Positions 47,953 through 57,863 of a stretch of DNA of 64,000 bases are shown here, one piece after another. Position 1 is the first letter of the stretch, and every line of letters begins with the position of its first letter. A program made the position numbers and the translations under genes. The DNA comes from Gemmatimonadales bacterium (lineage in GTDB: Bacteria > Gemmatimonadota > Gemmatimonadetes > Gemmatimonadales > GWC2-71-9): contig DATEIR010000120.1 in assembly GCA_035278885.1 (NCBI GenBank), forward strand, positions 8,156-72,155, in the 5' to 3' direction. The notes beneath the pieces are model-generated. The model saw only the letters and a list, made by a program, of their open reading frames with translations, made no database searches and was not told where the DNA came from.

Positions 47953-48296
47953 CGAGTCGCGGCCCGGCTGGGAAGCTGGTCGGGCAGGTGCTTCTCGAAA
48001 CACTCCGGGCAGAACCCGTGGCTGATCATCAGCCAGCCACTCCGGCCGAGGTAGTCTCTCATGTACCCTTCCAGTGTGATCCACGTGCCACCGAGGGACC
48101 GGATGCGCCCGCAGTAGGCGCACACCACGACCAGCGGTTCCTCGACCGTCTGAGTATAGGAAAGAAGGGCGTGCCAGGCGCGTTCCGACTTCGATCTTTC
48201 GCGGAGCGTGGTGGCTCGTTGACGGAGCCGGTTCGCGCGGTCGAGCGCCTCGACGAAGCTTGCCGCTGGATGCCCCGAGGGGGGCAGAACACGCAC
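47949..48296 (-). CDS. Small protein with C-terminal CxxC...HGxCPxC zinc-finger-like motif
   Basis: VVCAYCGRIRSLGGTWITLEGYMRDYLGRSGWLMISHGFCPECF. GTG start. Confidence 0.55.
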   Translation of the reverse strand: MRVLPPSGHPAASFVEALDRANRLRQRATTLRERSKSERAWHALLSYTQTVEEPLVVVCAYCGRIRSLGGTWITLEGYMRDYLGRSGWLMISHGFCPECFEKHLPDQLPSRAATR

Positions 48297-48424
48297 GGGG
48301 AACTCGATGTGAGCCGGGTTCCCGAAACATGCTACCGGGTGCCTGCGTCTGCCAGAGCGCGGCCGCGGGCGCCGGCCGGAACTGATTGCAGAACCCGTTG
48401 TCGGTCATTACGTTTGCTGTCCCT

Positions 48425-48495
<71 letters not shown>

Positions 48496-48717
48496 CTTCG
48501 ACTTCCGCCGCCCGTTCGCGTCCGCGTTTCGGGCCATCCCGCCTCATCGTTGCTCGCCACGCTGGGCCCATAGCAGGGCTGGTGACCGTGTCCCTGCCGT
48601 CGCCCATGGCGCCGGGCTGCCAGACGCGCGTGCCCCGGGCTTCGCGCCAGGCCAAGGCATAACAGTGTGCAACCGGTAGAGATCGGAGCGAGGGAAGGAT
48701 AGAATCCGGATACAGCC

Positions 48718-49326
48718 GTGCTCTTCATCCATCTGCTCAGGTGCCGATCCGTGTTCCGCCTGCTGTTCGCTCTCCCGCTCGTCCTCTCGATTCCATTGGC
48801 AGCCGCCGCGCAAACAAGCAGCCCCGCCCGCCTGGAGCCCTCCACAGCGCGGGTCGCCGTCCTGCCTATGGCCCTCTATACCGCTCAGGCCAACGTCCAG
48901 GAGCCCTCGGACTCCACCAAAGCCAGGCTCGGCTCCGAGATGCTCGTCACTCGGCTCGCCGAGCTCCTGGGACCGCAGCTCGCTTCCCCTGACAGTGCGG
49001 GCCGAATCGCCGCATCACCCGAAGCCCGGAAACGCGCCGGCGATCAGGCCTGCGACGTCATCGTCGCCTGCGCTCGCCTGGTAGGGCAGCGGCTCGGCGC
49101 CCCCTGGGTGGTGATGGCGAAGGTCAGTAAGACGAGCAACCTCATCTGGCTTTTCACCGGCCAGCTCATCCGGGTCTCGACCGGAGAGATCGTCCTCGAC
49201 GACTCCACCGAGCTCAAGGGCGAACCCGATCGGATGGTGCGCGCCGGCGCGCGGATCTTTGCGGAGCGGGTGGCCCGCACGATTCGCGAGGGTGGGGTGA
49301 CGAACAACTTTCCGGTCGTCCACTGA
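48718..49326 (+). CDS. Secreted hypothetical protein (possibly DUF2380/DUF3280-like)
   Basis: GTG start with a signal peptide ending PLAAAAQ. Family assignment is tentative. Confidence 0.55.
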   Translation: MLFIHLLRCRSVFRLLFALPLVLSIPLAAAAQTSSPARLEPSTARVAVLPMALYTAQANVQEPSDSTKARLGSEMLVTRLAELLGPQLASPDSAGRIAASPEARKRAGDQACDVIVACARLVGQRLGAPWVVMAKVSKTSNLIWLFTGQLIRVSTGEIVLDDSTELKGEPDRMVRAGARIFAERVARTIREGGVTNNFPVVH

Positions 49327-49329
49327 GCG

Positions 49330-49863
49330 CTATTGTTCGCCCAGCGTCCGCGTCATCACTTCGTCGGTCTGGACGTCCTTGCCGAGCTGGAACGGCTGGA
49401 CGCCGACGGTCTGAAATCCCACCTTGCGGTAAAACGCGATCGCCCGGGCGTTGCGCTCCCAGACGGCCAGGTAAATAGTCCGCCGCCCCAGTGCTCGAGC
49501 TCGCGCGAACGTCTCCGTCATGAGCGCCCGGGCCACGCCCTGGCCGTGCCAGCGCCGATCCACGTAGAACCGGAGCAGCTCGACGGGATCGTCTCCCGTC
49601 ACACAGGCGGGCGGCGGGCCGGCCCGCAGCTGGGAGTAGCCCGCCAGCATGCGCTCCATCTGCGCGAGCAGGGTCACCCGATCGGGCGAGGCCAGCTCCT
49701 GGCGCTGGCGCTCGACTGCGTAGGTCGCCGCGCAATACGCGTCCATGTCCTCGGGCCGGTTGTCCGGACCGAAGGTCTCTCGAAAGCTGCGCTCGGCGAA
49801 GGCCGCGACCGCGGCGGCGTCCTCCGGGCCGGCCAGGCGGACGGTCAGCGGAATCGTGGTCAT
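49330..49863 (-). CDS. GNAT-family N-acetyltransferase
   Basis: ATG 49863 (the track ORF begins at TTG 49872). RRWHGQGVARALM acetyl-CoA motif. Confidence 0.85.
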   Translation of the reverse strand: MTTIPLTVRLAGPEDAAAVAAFAERSFRETFGPDNRPEDMDAYCAATYAVERQRQELASPDRVTLLAQMERMLAGYSQLRAGPPPACVTGDDPVELLRFYVDRRWHGQGVARALMTETFARARALGRRTIYLAVWERNARAIAFYRKVGFQTVGVQPFQLGKDVQTDEVMTRTLGEQ

Positions 49864-49919
49864 GGCCGGCAATATTTCTTGGTCGGCCCGGCCGGTCCAG
49901 ACCGGAGCTCACGGGATCC

Positions 49920-51848
49920 TCACTCGACACGGGCGGGACCGCTCGACTCCTCATCGTCGCCGGGCCGCGAGAGGTCCCGCGCCGTCTCCACCAGGGTGAC
50001 GAACTCCGAGCGATAACCCTCCGGATCCGCACCCCGGGCACCCCGCGCGAGCGCGATGACCCGTTCGAATGTGGCGTCGCCGCGGTGCTCCGAGTCGCGG
50101 AGCAGCATCGCGAAGGACGCCACCGCGCTGGCGAAGCGGAAGTCGTCACCGGGCCGGCTGCCTCGATCCACCAGCGGCCGGCTCAGCAGTCGGCTGGCCG
50201 AGCCGGTCGGCGACTTGTACCGCACCCGCAGCGTGAGCAGCTCACTCGACCCCCGGGCCGACGGGCGGACCGACACGTGCTGATACGTGAGGCTGTCGTC
50301 CGCCAGCGTCACCGCCTCGGCGCCGACCGGCACCACCTCGTACAGTGCGGTCACCGACTGGCCCGCGCCGAGCTCGCCGGCGTCCTTGCGGTCGTCGGCG
50401 AAGTCTTCCCGCGCGAGGAGCCGATTCTCGTAGCCGAGGAGACGGTACGCCTGCACCCGGGCGGGATTGAACTCGACCTGGATCTTCACGTCCTTGGCCA
50501 CGGTGAAGAGGGTGCCGCCGAACTCGCGCACGAATACCTTGCGGGCCTCGCTGAAGGAGTCGATGTAGGCATAGTGGCCGTTTCCGTGGTCGGCCATCTG
50601 TTCCATCTTGGTGTCCTTCAGGTTCCCGGTGCCGAACCCGAGGACCGTGAGGAAGGTCCCCTCCTCGCGGCGCCGCTCCACCAGTCGGATCATCTCCGCG
50701 TCCGAGCTCACCCCGACGTTGAAGTCACCGTCGGTGGCCAGAATGACGCGATTGTTTCCCTTCGGCAGGAAGTGCTCCTTCGCCACGTCATACGCCAGCC
50801 GGAGTCCCGCGCCTCCGGCGGTGCTGCCGCCCGCTTCCAGGCGATCGATCCCGTCCAGGATCTCCTCCTTCCGGCTGCCGGGAGTGGAGGGCAGAACGAG
50901 CCCCGCCGCGCCGGCGTAGACCACGATCGCGACCCGGTCGTCGGGACGGAGCTTCTGCACCAGGGCGCGAAATGCCCGTTTGACCAGCGGCAGCTTGGCG
51001 GGCGACTGCATCGAGCCGGAGACGTCGATCAGGAACACCAGGTTGCTTGGCGGGAGCTCCCGGGTGTCCACCCGGCGGGCCTGGAGCGCCACCCGCACCA
51101 GCCGGTGGTCGTCCGCCCAGGGGCACGGGCCGACGTCGGCTATCACCCCGAACGGATGCTCCCCCGCGCGGTCCGGATATCGGTAAGGGAAGTAGTTGAC
51201 CATCTCCTCCAGGCGCACGGCATCGGCGGGAGGCAATGTGCCCTGCGCGAGAAAGCGACGGACGTTGCTGTAGGATGCGGCGTCCACATCGATCGAGAAG
51301 GTGGAGACGGGATTCGCGGAGGCGCCGAGGAACCGGTTCTCCTCGATCCGGGCGTAGGCCTCGGTGTTCCACTCTTCGTTCTGCCGGGGCCGGGGCGCCG
51401 TCGCCGCCCTGGCCGCCAACGGGGCGTCGGCGCGGTCGAGCTCGTTCCGCCGCGAGACCTGGCCGCTGGCTTTCGCCATTTCAGCGAGCGGCTGAGGAGC
51501 TGGCGACAGCACCAGGTCCCGTCGAACCGTGGTCCCGGCGCGCACGGTGACCTCCACTTCGGTCGGGTGATATCCCGGCGCTTCGGCTCGCAGGTGGTTC
51601 CGCCCGGCCGGCACGGCGCTGATCAGATAGTGCCCGGTCGAGTCGACCGCGGCCCCGAGTGCCGTCTCCGCCACACTCACCCTCGCGCCCGGGATCGGCT
51701 GGCCCGCTCCGTCCCGGACAAAGCCTTCGACGCCGCCGGTGGCGGCGGGGCGCGTCACCGGTGCCGCCCCGGTGGAACCCAGGGCGAGCAGCAGGATGGC
51801 GGTGAGCCCGGCCGAGCGGACGACGGCCGGTGCGCGATGCGGACGCAT
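49920..51848 (-). CDS. YfbK-like von Willebrand factor A-domain protein with N-terminal CarboxypepD_reg-like domain
   Basis: ATG 51848 with a signal peptide. GFVRDGAGQPIPGARVSV, then NVRRFLAQGTLPPADAVRLEEMVNYFPY and the vWA MIDAS motif DVSGSM. Confidence 0.85.
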   Translation of the reverse strand: MRPHRAPAVVRSAGLTAILLLALGSTGAAPVTRPAATGGVEGFVRDGAGQPIPGARVSVAETALGAAVDSTGHYLISAVPAGRNHLRAEAPGYHPTEVEVTVRAGTTVRRDLVLSPAPQPLAEMAKASGQVSRRNELDRADAPLAARAATAPRPRQNEEWNTEAYARIEENRFLGASANPVSTFSIDVDAASYSNVRRFLAQGTLPPADAVRLEEMVNYFPYRYPDRAGEHPFGVIADVGPCPWADDHRLVRVALQARRVDTRELPPSNLVFLIDVSGSMQSPAKLPLVKRAFRALVQKLRPDDRVAIVVYAGAAGLVLPSTPGSRKEEILDGIDRLEAGGSTAGGAGLRLAYDVAKEHFLPKGNNRVILATDGDFNVGVSSDAEMIRLVERRREEGTFLTVLGFGTGNLKDTKMEQMADHGNGHYAYIDSFSEARKVFVREFGGTLFTVAKDVKIQVEFNPARVQAYRLLGYENRLLAREDFADDRKDAGELGAGQSVTALYEVVPVGAEAVTLADDSLTYQHVSVRPSARGSSELLTLRVRYKSPTGSASRLLSRPLVDRGSRPGDDFRFASAVASFAMLLRDSEHRGDATFERVIALARGARGADPEGYRSEFVTLVETARDLSRPGDDEESSGPARVE

Positions 51849-51942
51849 GGAAGACCTCCGGATGCGGGTGACGGTGCCGACCCGCGGACTGGCCGCGGGA
51901 GCCCGGGAGATGCGGCGAGCCGCCGCATCCGCACACGGAGGG

Positions 51943-54180
51943 TCAGCTGAGCTCGATGCGGACCTGGAGCGGGGTGCCGTCGATGCCGAGCAGATTGGCC
52001 AGGGTTCGCGTCCCATGGCGGCGGAACTGCAGCGCCACCCGGGAACCGCCCACGCTCAGGTTTTCGAGGGTCAGATGGTCGAGAAAATCGGGAAGCACCG
52101 GATCGCGGACGTGCAGCACGCCGGCAGGCGCGTCAGGATACAGGCCCAGCAGCGCCTGCAGCATCATGAACAGGGCGCCCGAGGCCCACGCCTGGGGTGA
52201 GCAGCTGACCGGATACCCGACCGGCCGAGCGCCGGTGCCGCGGCTCAGCCCGCAGTACAGCTCGGGCAGCCGCTGGAACGCGGCCCCGGCGCCGGCTTCG
52301 TAGACGGCGCGCACGACGGGCACCGCCGCGCGGGCATGACCGTAGAGCGACAGGCCCAGCACCAGCAGCGCATTGTCGTGGGGCCAGACGCTCCCGTCGT
52401 GGTAGCTCATCGGATTGAACACCGGGTGCGCGGCGCTCAGGGTGCGTACGCCCCAGCCGGAGAAGAAGTCCGCCTGGAGGAACCGCTCCCGCAGGCGCTC
52501 ACCCTGGGCGACGGTCGGCACCCGGCTCCAGAGCAGGTGGCCGGCGTTGCTGGTCGCCGTGCGCACCGGCCGCTTCGCCCCGTCGAGCGCCAGCGCGAAG
52601 GTGCCCAGGTCGTCGTCCCAGAAATCGGCGCGGATCCGATCCCGCAGCTCGGCCGCCTCCCGGCGGAGCGCGGCGGCGCGGTCGAGCCGGCCGGCGATCT
52701 GGTACAGCTCGGCGGACCGGACCTTGGCGTCGTGGACGTAGCCCTGGACCTCGACCAACGCGATCGGTGGCGCGGGCAACGTCCCGTCGGGATAGGGCAC
52801 GCCGTCCCCCGAATCCTTCCAGCCCTGGTTGACCAGGCCCTTGGCGGACGTGCGGGCGTATTCCACGAATCCGTCGCCATCCAGGTCGCCGAACCGGTCG
52901 ATCCAGGCCAGGGCCCGCTCCGCGGCGGGCAGGAGCTCGCGCACCAACGCCGTGTCCCCGGTCCAGCGCCAGGTCTCGTGCAGGAGCACCAGCCAGAGCG
53001 GCGTGGCGTCGATGCTGCCGTAGTAGGGCACGTGGGGAATCTCGCCGCTGCGGGCCATTTCCCCGCGGCGGAGCTCGTGCAGGATCTTTCCGGGCTGCTC
53101 CTCGGTGTACGGATCCTCGCGCTCGCCCTGACGACGAGCCAGGTAGCGGAGGGTCTCCCGGGCGATGGATGGCCGCAGCGGGAGGGTCTGCAGCGAGGCG
53201 ATGATCGCGTCCCGCCCGAAGATGGTCGAGTACCACGGGATCCCCGCCGAGAGCACCCGGTCGCCATCCACCTCGACGTGGAGCGCGCGCAGGTCGTCCA
53301 CCGCGCGGTCGAGCAGGGCGTCGAAGGCGCCGAGGCTGGTGGTCCAGCGGGTGCAGCGCGTGCGCCAGTCGTGGTAGGTGACGTCCAGGGTGCTGCGCTG
53401 CGCATCGAAGGTGGATGACGCGACCGTCGCCGGCCGGTCGGCCTCGCCCGCCACGACCTCCCATTCCAGCTCGACCCGCCGATCACCCTCCAGATGCACC
53501 CGCCACCGCGCGACGCTCCCGCTGAGCTCCGTCGGCGGCGTGGCGAAGCGGATCGCGCTCTCCAGGAGAAGTCCATCGCGGCCCTCGTAGCTGAAGACCA
53601 CGCGGTCTCCCTCCGGCCGCGGGGCGAAGTAGCGGCCCCGCTGCTCCCGCTTCCAGCCTCGGACTTCGAAGATGTCGGCGAAGTCGCACCCGATCGCGAG
53701 CTCGATGGTGTACTCGATCGGGGCGCGGAGATAGCTCACCAGGGTGAGGCGCTCCCGCAGCCGATCCGCCAGCAGCAGCTCGCGCCGCAGGTGGATCACG
53801 TTGCGCGGGTCCCACGGATCGCCGCCGAAGATCCGGTCGTTGACCGCGAGGTCGATCTGCGCGGTGTAGGCGCAGGGGATCTGGGCCGAGAGGAGAGCCG
53901 GAGGACCGCCGGCCAGGCGGAGCGCATAGTGGCTCAACACCCTGGTGTCGTCCCGGTAGAGGCCCAGCGAGCAGGCGCCCGCGGGCACGATGTCGCCGTG
54001 GGCGTTGACCAGCAGGAAGTGGCGATCGTGCTTGAGCACCAGCGCGTCTTCGGTCGGCGTCTGGTGGGCGCAGTCGATCCCGCCGTAGCCCACTGCTTCG
54101 GCCATCGAGACGGGCTGGAGCGGCGGGTCGGCCCGAGGCTCGGTCGCCGTGGGCGTGGGCAGGCCTGACCGGCCGCTCAT
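51943..54180 (-). CDS. Amylo-alpha-1,6-glucosidase / glycogen-debranching-enzyme-like protein
   Basis: ATG 54180 overlaps the GT4 stop (ATGA). GIPWYSTIFGRDAIIASLQ and an (alpha/alpha)6 GDE_C-like C-terminus. Confidence 0.8.
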   Translation of the reverse strand: MSGRSGLPTPTATEPRADPPLQPVSMAEAVGYGGIDCAHQTPTEDALVLKHDRHFLLVNAHGDIVPAGACSLGLYRDDTRVLSHYALRLAGGPPALLSAQIPCAYTAQIDLAVNDRIFGGDPWDPRNVIHLRRELLLADRLRERLTLVSYLRAPIEYTIELAIGCDFADIFEVRGWKREQRGRYFAPRPEGDRVVFSYEGRDGLLLESAIRFATPPTELSGSVARWRVHLEGDRRVELEWEVVAGEADRPATVASSTFDAQRSTLDVTYHDWRTRCTRWTTSLGAFDALLDRAVDDLRALHVEVDGDRVLSAGIPWYSTIFGRDAIIASLQTLPLRPSIARETLRYLARRQGEREDPYTEEQPGKILHELRRGEMARSGEIPHVPYYGSIDATPLWLVLLHETWRWTGDTALVRELLPAAERALAWIDRFGDLDGDGFVEYARTSAKGLVNQGWKDSGDGVPYPDGTLPAPPIALVEVQGYVHDAKVRSAELYQIAGRLDRAAALRREAAELRDRIRADFWDDDLGTFALALDGAKRPVRTATSNAGHLLWSRVPTVAQGERLRERFLQADFFSGWGVRTLSAAHPVFNPMSYHDGSVWPHDNALLVLGLSLYGHARAAVPVVRAVYEAGAGAAFQRLPELYCGLSRGTGARPVGYPVSCSPQAWASGALFMMLQALLGLYPDAPAGVLHVRDPVLPDFLDHLTLENLSVGGSRVALQFRRHGTRTLANLLGIDGTPLQVRIELS

Positions 54181-55235
54181 GCCGCCGTGGGCGGATGGTC
54201 CAGGCCCCTGATTCCTCGGTGGGCCACCTGCTGGTACAGCCGCTCGTAGGCCTCGACCATGCGATGGCGCCCGAAGCGCTGCACCGCCACCTCGCGAATA
54301 CGGCGCCGATCGAGCCGATCCACTGGGCCGCCGGGGCGAATGGCTCGGGCCATTTCTTCGACCGTGCGGACCACGAAGCCGGTCACCCCGGGCTCGACCA
54401 GCTCGGGCACGCTGCCGCGCGCATAGGCGACCACCGGGCAGCCCGAGAGCATCGCCTCGATGATCACCAGGCCGAAGGGCTCCTCCCACTGGATCGGCGC
54501 GAGCAGGGCACGGGAGTCGCGAAGCAGGCGGGCCTTGTCGGTCGGCCCGGCGGGCCCCAGCAACGTGACGTGGCGGGCCCCGAGCCGGGGTACCACCTCA
54601 CGCTCGTAGTAGCGCCGCCCCGCGGGGTGCGTCTCGCCCGCGACCAGGATCGGCACACCGACCCGGCCGGCCGCGTCGATGGCGATGTGGAGTCCCTTTT
54701 CCGGCGCGAAGCGTCCGAGGAAGCAGACATAGTCCCGCGGCCGGGTGGCCCAGCGATAGCCGGACGGGTCGATCCCGTGATGGATGACCGCCTCCGGCCT
54801 GGCGCCCGGCTCCCGCCGGGCCTGATCGGCCGAGATCGCGACGAAGGTGACCTCGGGGAAGTACCGGTAGTAGGACGACAGCGCCGGCTCCGTCGCGTGG
54901 TGCAGGGTGTACACCAGAGGAAGTCCCGGCACCAGCCTCGCGACCGCCAGGGCCGGCGCCGAGTGGGCGTGCACCAGATCGAAGTTCCCCTCGGTGACCT
55001 CTCGGAGAGCCCAGGAGACATGATTGAGGTCGGCCAGCGGCTCGGGGGGCCACTGGGCCTCCGCATACAAGGCCTGAACCGGCCCACGGGAGCGGGAGTC
55101 CCCGGTGGCAAACAGCACCACGTCGTGGCGCCGCTCCAGCAAGCCCTCCACCAGCTCGTGAACCACCAGCTCGGTGCCCCCATAATCGGGCGGGGGCACC
55201 GGTACGAACGGCGTCGAAATCATGGCTATGCGCAT
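54177..55235 (-). CDS. GT4-family glycosyltransferase
   Basis: MRIAMISTPFVPVPPPDYGGTELVVHELVEGL. C-terminal EEPFGLVIIEAMLSGCPVV (E-x7-E region). Confidence 0.85.
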   Translation of the reverse strand: MRIAMISTPFVPVPPPDYGGTELVVHELVEGLLERRHDVVLFATGDSRSRGPVQALYAEAQWPPEPLADLNHVSWALREVTEGNFDLVHAHSAPALAVARLVPGLPLVYTLHHATEPALSSYYRYFPEVTFVAISADQARREPGARPEAVIHHGIDPSGYRWATRPRDYVCFLGRFAPEKGLHIAIDAAGRVGVPILVAGETHPAGRRYYEREVVPRLGARHVTLLGPAGPTDKARLLRDSRALLAPIQWEEPFGLVIIEAMLSGCPVVAYARGSVPELVEPGVTGFVVRTVEEMARAIRPGGPVDRLDRRRIREVAVQRFGRHRMVEAYERLYQQVAHRGIRGLDHPPTAA

Positions 55236-55343
55236 ACATACATCATCGCGCTCTGTACGGTCAGCGGTAGTGTGGCAGGTCACAGCCGGTGACCTCTTCG
55301 CACCGGGTTTGACCCGGTCGGGAGGACCGGCTATCAATCGTCG

Positions 55344-56279
55344 GTGACTCCTTCACCCCCGCCCGGTTCCGACCCGCCCCTCGACATCATCATGAACGCC
55401 GGATCCGGCCGGGGCGTCGCTGCGGAGACGGCCCGACATATCGAGACGGTGCTGGCCGCGGGCGGTCGCCCGAGCAGGATCACCCTGGCCCGGCACGGAC
55501 GCGACATCCGGCCGGGCGCCGAGCGCGCGGTGAAGCAGGGCACCGCGGGCCTGATCGCCGCCGGCGGCGACGGGACGGTGAATACCCTGGCCGGTGTCGC
55601 GGTCGGCGCCGGCGTTCCCCTGGGCGTGTTGCCCCAGGGCACCCTGAATCATTTCGCCAAGGACCTCGGCATCCCCACCGACCTCGACGGGGCGCTCGGT
55701 GTCATCCTGGCGGGCCAGACCACGCGGGTGGACGTCGGCGAGGTGTCCGGCCGGATCTTCGTCAACAATTCCAGCCTCGGCGTGTATCCCAGGATCGTGC
55801 GTCTGCGGGAGCGCTACGGCGCGCGCGGGCCGGCGAAGTGGGTCGCCGCGCTCTGGGCTACACTCGCCGTCCTGCGGCGGCATCCCTTCGCGGCGGTGCG
55901 GCTGGTGGTGAACGGCGAGCCGCTGCTGCGCCGGACGCCGTTCGTGTTCGTGGGCAACAACGAGTACCGCATGGAAGGGCTCCGAGCCGGCACCCGCGAC
56001 GCGCTCGACCGCGGCGTGCTCGCGGTGTACGTGATGAACGCTTCCGGGCGGCGCAGCCTCGCATGGCTGGGGTTCCAGATCCTGCTGGGCCGGACCGAAC
56101 GGCTGCGCGAGCTCGACACCTTTCTCCTCGACGAGGCCACCATCGAGCTCAAGCACTCCACCGTGGGCGTGGCGCTCGACGGCGAGGTGGCAGAGCTCCG
56201 GCCGCCGCTGGTGTACCGCAGCCGGCCCGGCGCCCTCCAGGTTTTCGCCCCGCCCGCCCGACAGTCGCCGCCGGACTGA
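55344..56279 (+). CDS. Diacylglycerol-kinase-family lipid kinase (YegS/BmrU-like)
   Basis: IIMNAGSGRG and AAGGDGTVN motifs. GTG start. Confidence 0.85.
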   Translation: MTPSPPPGSDPPLDIIMNAGSGRGVAAETARHIETVLAAGGRPSRITLARHGRDIRPGAERAVKQGTAGLIAAGGDGTVNTLAGVAVGAGVPLGVLPQGTLNHFAKDLGIPTDLDGALGVILAGQTTRVDVGEVSGRIFVNNSSLGVYPRIVRLRERYGARGPAKWVAALWATLAVLRRHPFAAVRLVVNGEPLLRRTPFVFVGNNEYRMEGLRAGTRDALDRGVLAVYVMNASGRRSLAWLGFQILLGRTERLRELDTFLLDEATIELKHSTVGVALDGEVAELRPPLVYRSRPGALQVFAPPARQSPPD

Positions 56280-56364
56280 CCTGCCCGTTCGGCGGATGCG
56301 CCCCCGCCGGGAACGCCGCACCCTTCGGACGGGTTCACTGACACTCGTACGAAGGCGGCTCCCC

Positions 56365-57288
56365 ATGTCTGCTCCATCCGGCTCTCTGGCCTCGCTTTCC
56401 GATCAACTCGCCGACGCGGTCGCGAACTCGGCAACCTCCGTCGTCGCGGTGCACGCGCGACCCAGGCTTCCGTCGAGCGGGGTACACTGGCGCGACGGCG
56501 TCGTGATCACCACCGAAGCGACGATCAAGCGTCTCGACGGGATTGCCGTCACCCTGCCCGACGGCGCGCGGGTTGAGGCTACCCTGGTCGGCCGCGACGC
56601 CGGCACCGACCTGGCCCTGCTCCGCATTCCCGCCGGACGTCTCCCCGTGGCCCGGCTGGGCGATCCGGCGACGCTGCGCCCGGGCCATCTGGTGCTCGCC
56701 CTGGCGCGCCTCGGCGAGGACGGGCCTCGCGTCGCCTTCGGCGCGGTGAGCGCCACGGGCGGGGCCTGGCGCTGCTGGAAGGGTGGCGAGATCGACCGCC
56801 GGCTCCAATCGGACGTGACGCTCTATCCCGGCTTCGGCGGAGGGCCGCTGGCTGATGTCGAGGGACGGGTCCACGGCGTGAACTCCGGCGGCCTGAGCCG
56901 GCCGTTCGCCACGACCGTCACCGTGGGAACGGTGGATCGCATCGCCGGGGAGCTGCTCGAGCGCGGGTATGTGGCGCGTGGATGGATCGGCGTGGCTATG
57001 CATCCGGTCCGCCTCAACCCCGGCACGCGCGAGCGGCTGGGCCTGACCCGCGACGGTGGACTCGTGGTGCTCTCGGTCGAGCCCGATGCGCCGGCGGCCC
57101 GGGCCGGCGTCCTGGTGGGAGATGTCGTGCTCGCGATCGACGGGCAGCCGGTCGACTCGCCCGAGCAGGTGGTGGACCTCCTCGGAGGCGGCGCGGTGGG
57201 ACGAGTCCTCACACTCGACCTGGTGCGCGGCGGTGCCCGCGCCCGGGTCGAGCTGACCGTGGGCGAGCGGCCCAGGCGGGCCGGGTGA
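56365..57288 (+). CDS. HtrA/DegP-like protein with PDZ domain, predicted catalytically inactive
   Basis: Trypsin fold retains Asp (DLALLRI). It has ITTEAT in place of TNxHV and GFGGGPL in place of GNSGGPL. PDZ region: GLVVLSVEPDAPAARAGVLVGDVVLAIDGQPV. Confidence 0.75.
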   Translation: MSAPSGSLASLSDQLADAVANSATSVVAVHARPRLPSSGVHWRDGVVITTEATIKRLDGIAVTLPDGARVEATLVGRDAGTDLALLRIPAGRLPVARLGDPATLRPGHLVLALARLGEDGPRVAFGAVSATGGAWRCWKGGEIDRRLQSDVTLYPGFGGGPLADVEGRVHGVNSGGLSRPFATTVTVGTVDRIAGELLERGYVARGWIGVAMHPVRLNPGTRERLGLTRDGGLVVLSVEPDAPAARAGVLVGDVVLAIDGQPVDSPEQVVDLLGGGAVGRVLTLDLVRGGARARVELTVGERPRRAG

Positions 57289-57863
57289 CCACCGCCTTCG
57301 CCGCTGACGCGGCGGGCCGGGTGCGCGCCGCCGTGGTGCACATTCGGGTGGGAGACTCGGCCGGCGGCGCCGGCGTCGTCTGGCCCGGGGGGGTGGTGGT
57401 CACCAACGCCCACGTGGCCACGGAGCGGCGGGTCGTCCTTCGGCTACCCGACGGGAGCCTGGTCGAGGGCGAGACCATCTGGCGCGACCCGGCGCGAGAC
57501 CTGGCGGCGGTCACCGCGCCGGGGCTCATCGGCGTCGCTCCGGTAGTACCGGGAGATGTCGGTCGGATCCGACCCGGGTCGCTGGTATTCGCCATCGGGC
57601 ATCCGTGGGGCGTCCGCGACGCGGTGAGCGTCGGCGTGTTTCATCGGGTCGGTCCGCTCGCGGTGGGCCTCGGGGTCCCCGAGCCCATCCGCCGCCAGGC
57701 GTGGGTCCAGGCCGCGGTGCGGCTGGCACCGGGAAATTCGGGTGGGCCCATCGCCGATGCCGACGGTCGGGTGATCGGCGTCTCGGCGATGATCGTCGGC
57801 GGGCTCGGGCTCGCCGTGCCCGCCGCGGAGGTGGAATCCCTCTGGCGCGGCGCCCGACCGTGA
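57285..57863 (+). CDS. Trypsin-like serine protease (intact triad, no PDZ)
   Basis: GTGA overlap with the upstream gene. VVTNAHV (His), RDLAAV (Asp), APGNSGGPI (Ser). Confidence 0.8.
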   Translation: MTTAFAADAAGRVRAAVVHIRVGDSAGGAGVVWPGGVVVTNAHVATERRVVLRLPDGSLVEGETIWRDPARDLAAVTAPGLIGVAPVVPGDVGRIRPGSLVFAIGHPWGVRDAVSVGVFHRVGPLAVGLGVPEPIRRQAWVQAAVRLAPGNSGGPIADADGRVIGVSAMIVGGLGLAVPAAEVESLWRGARP

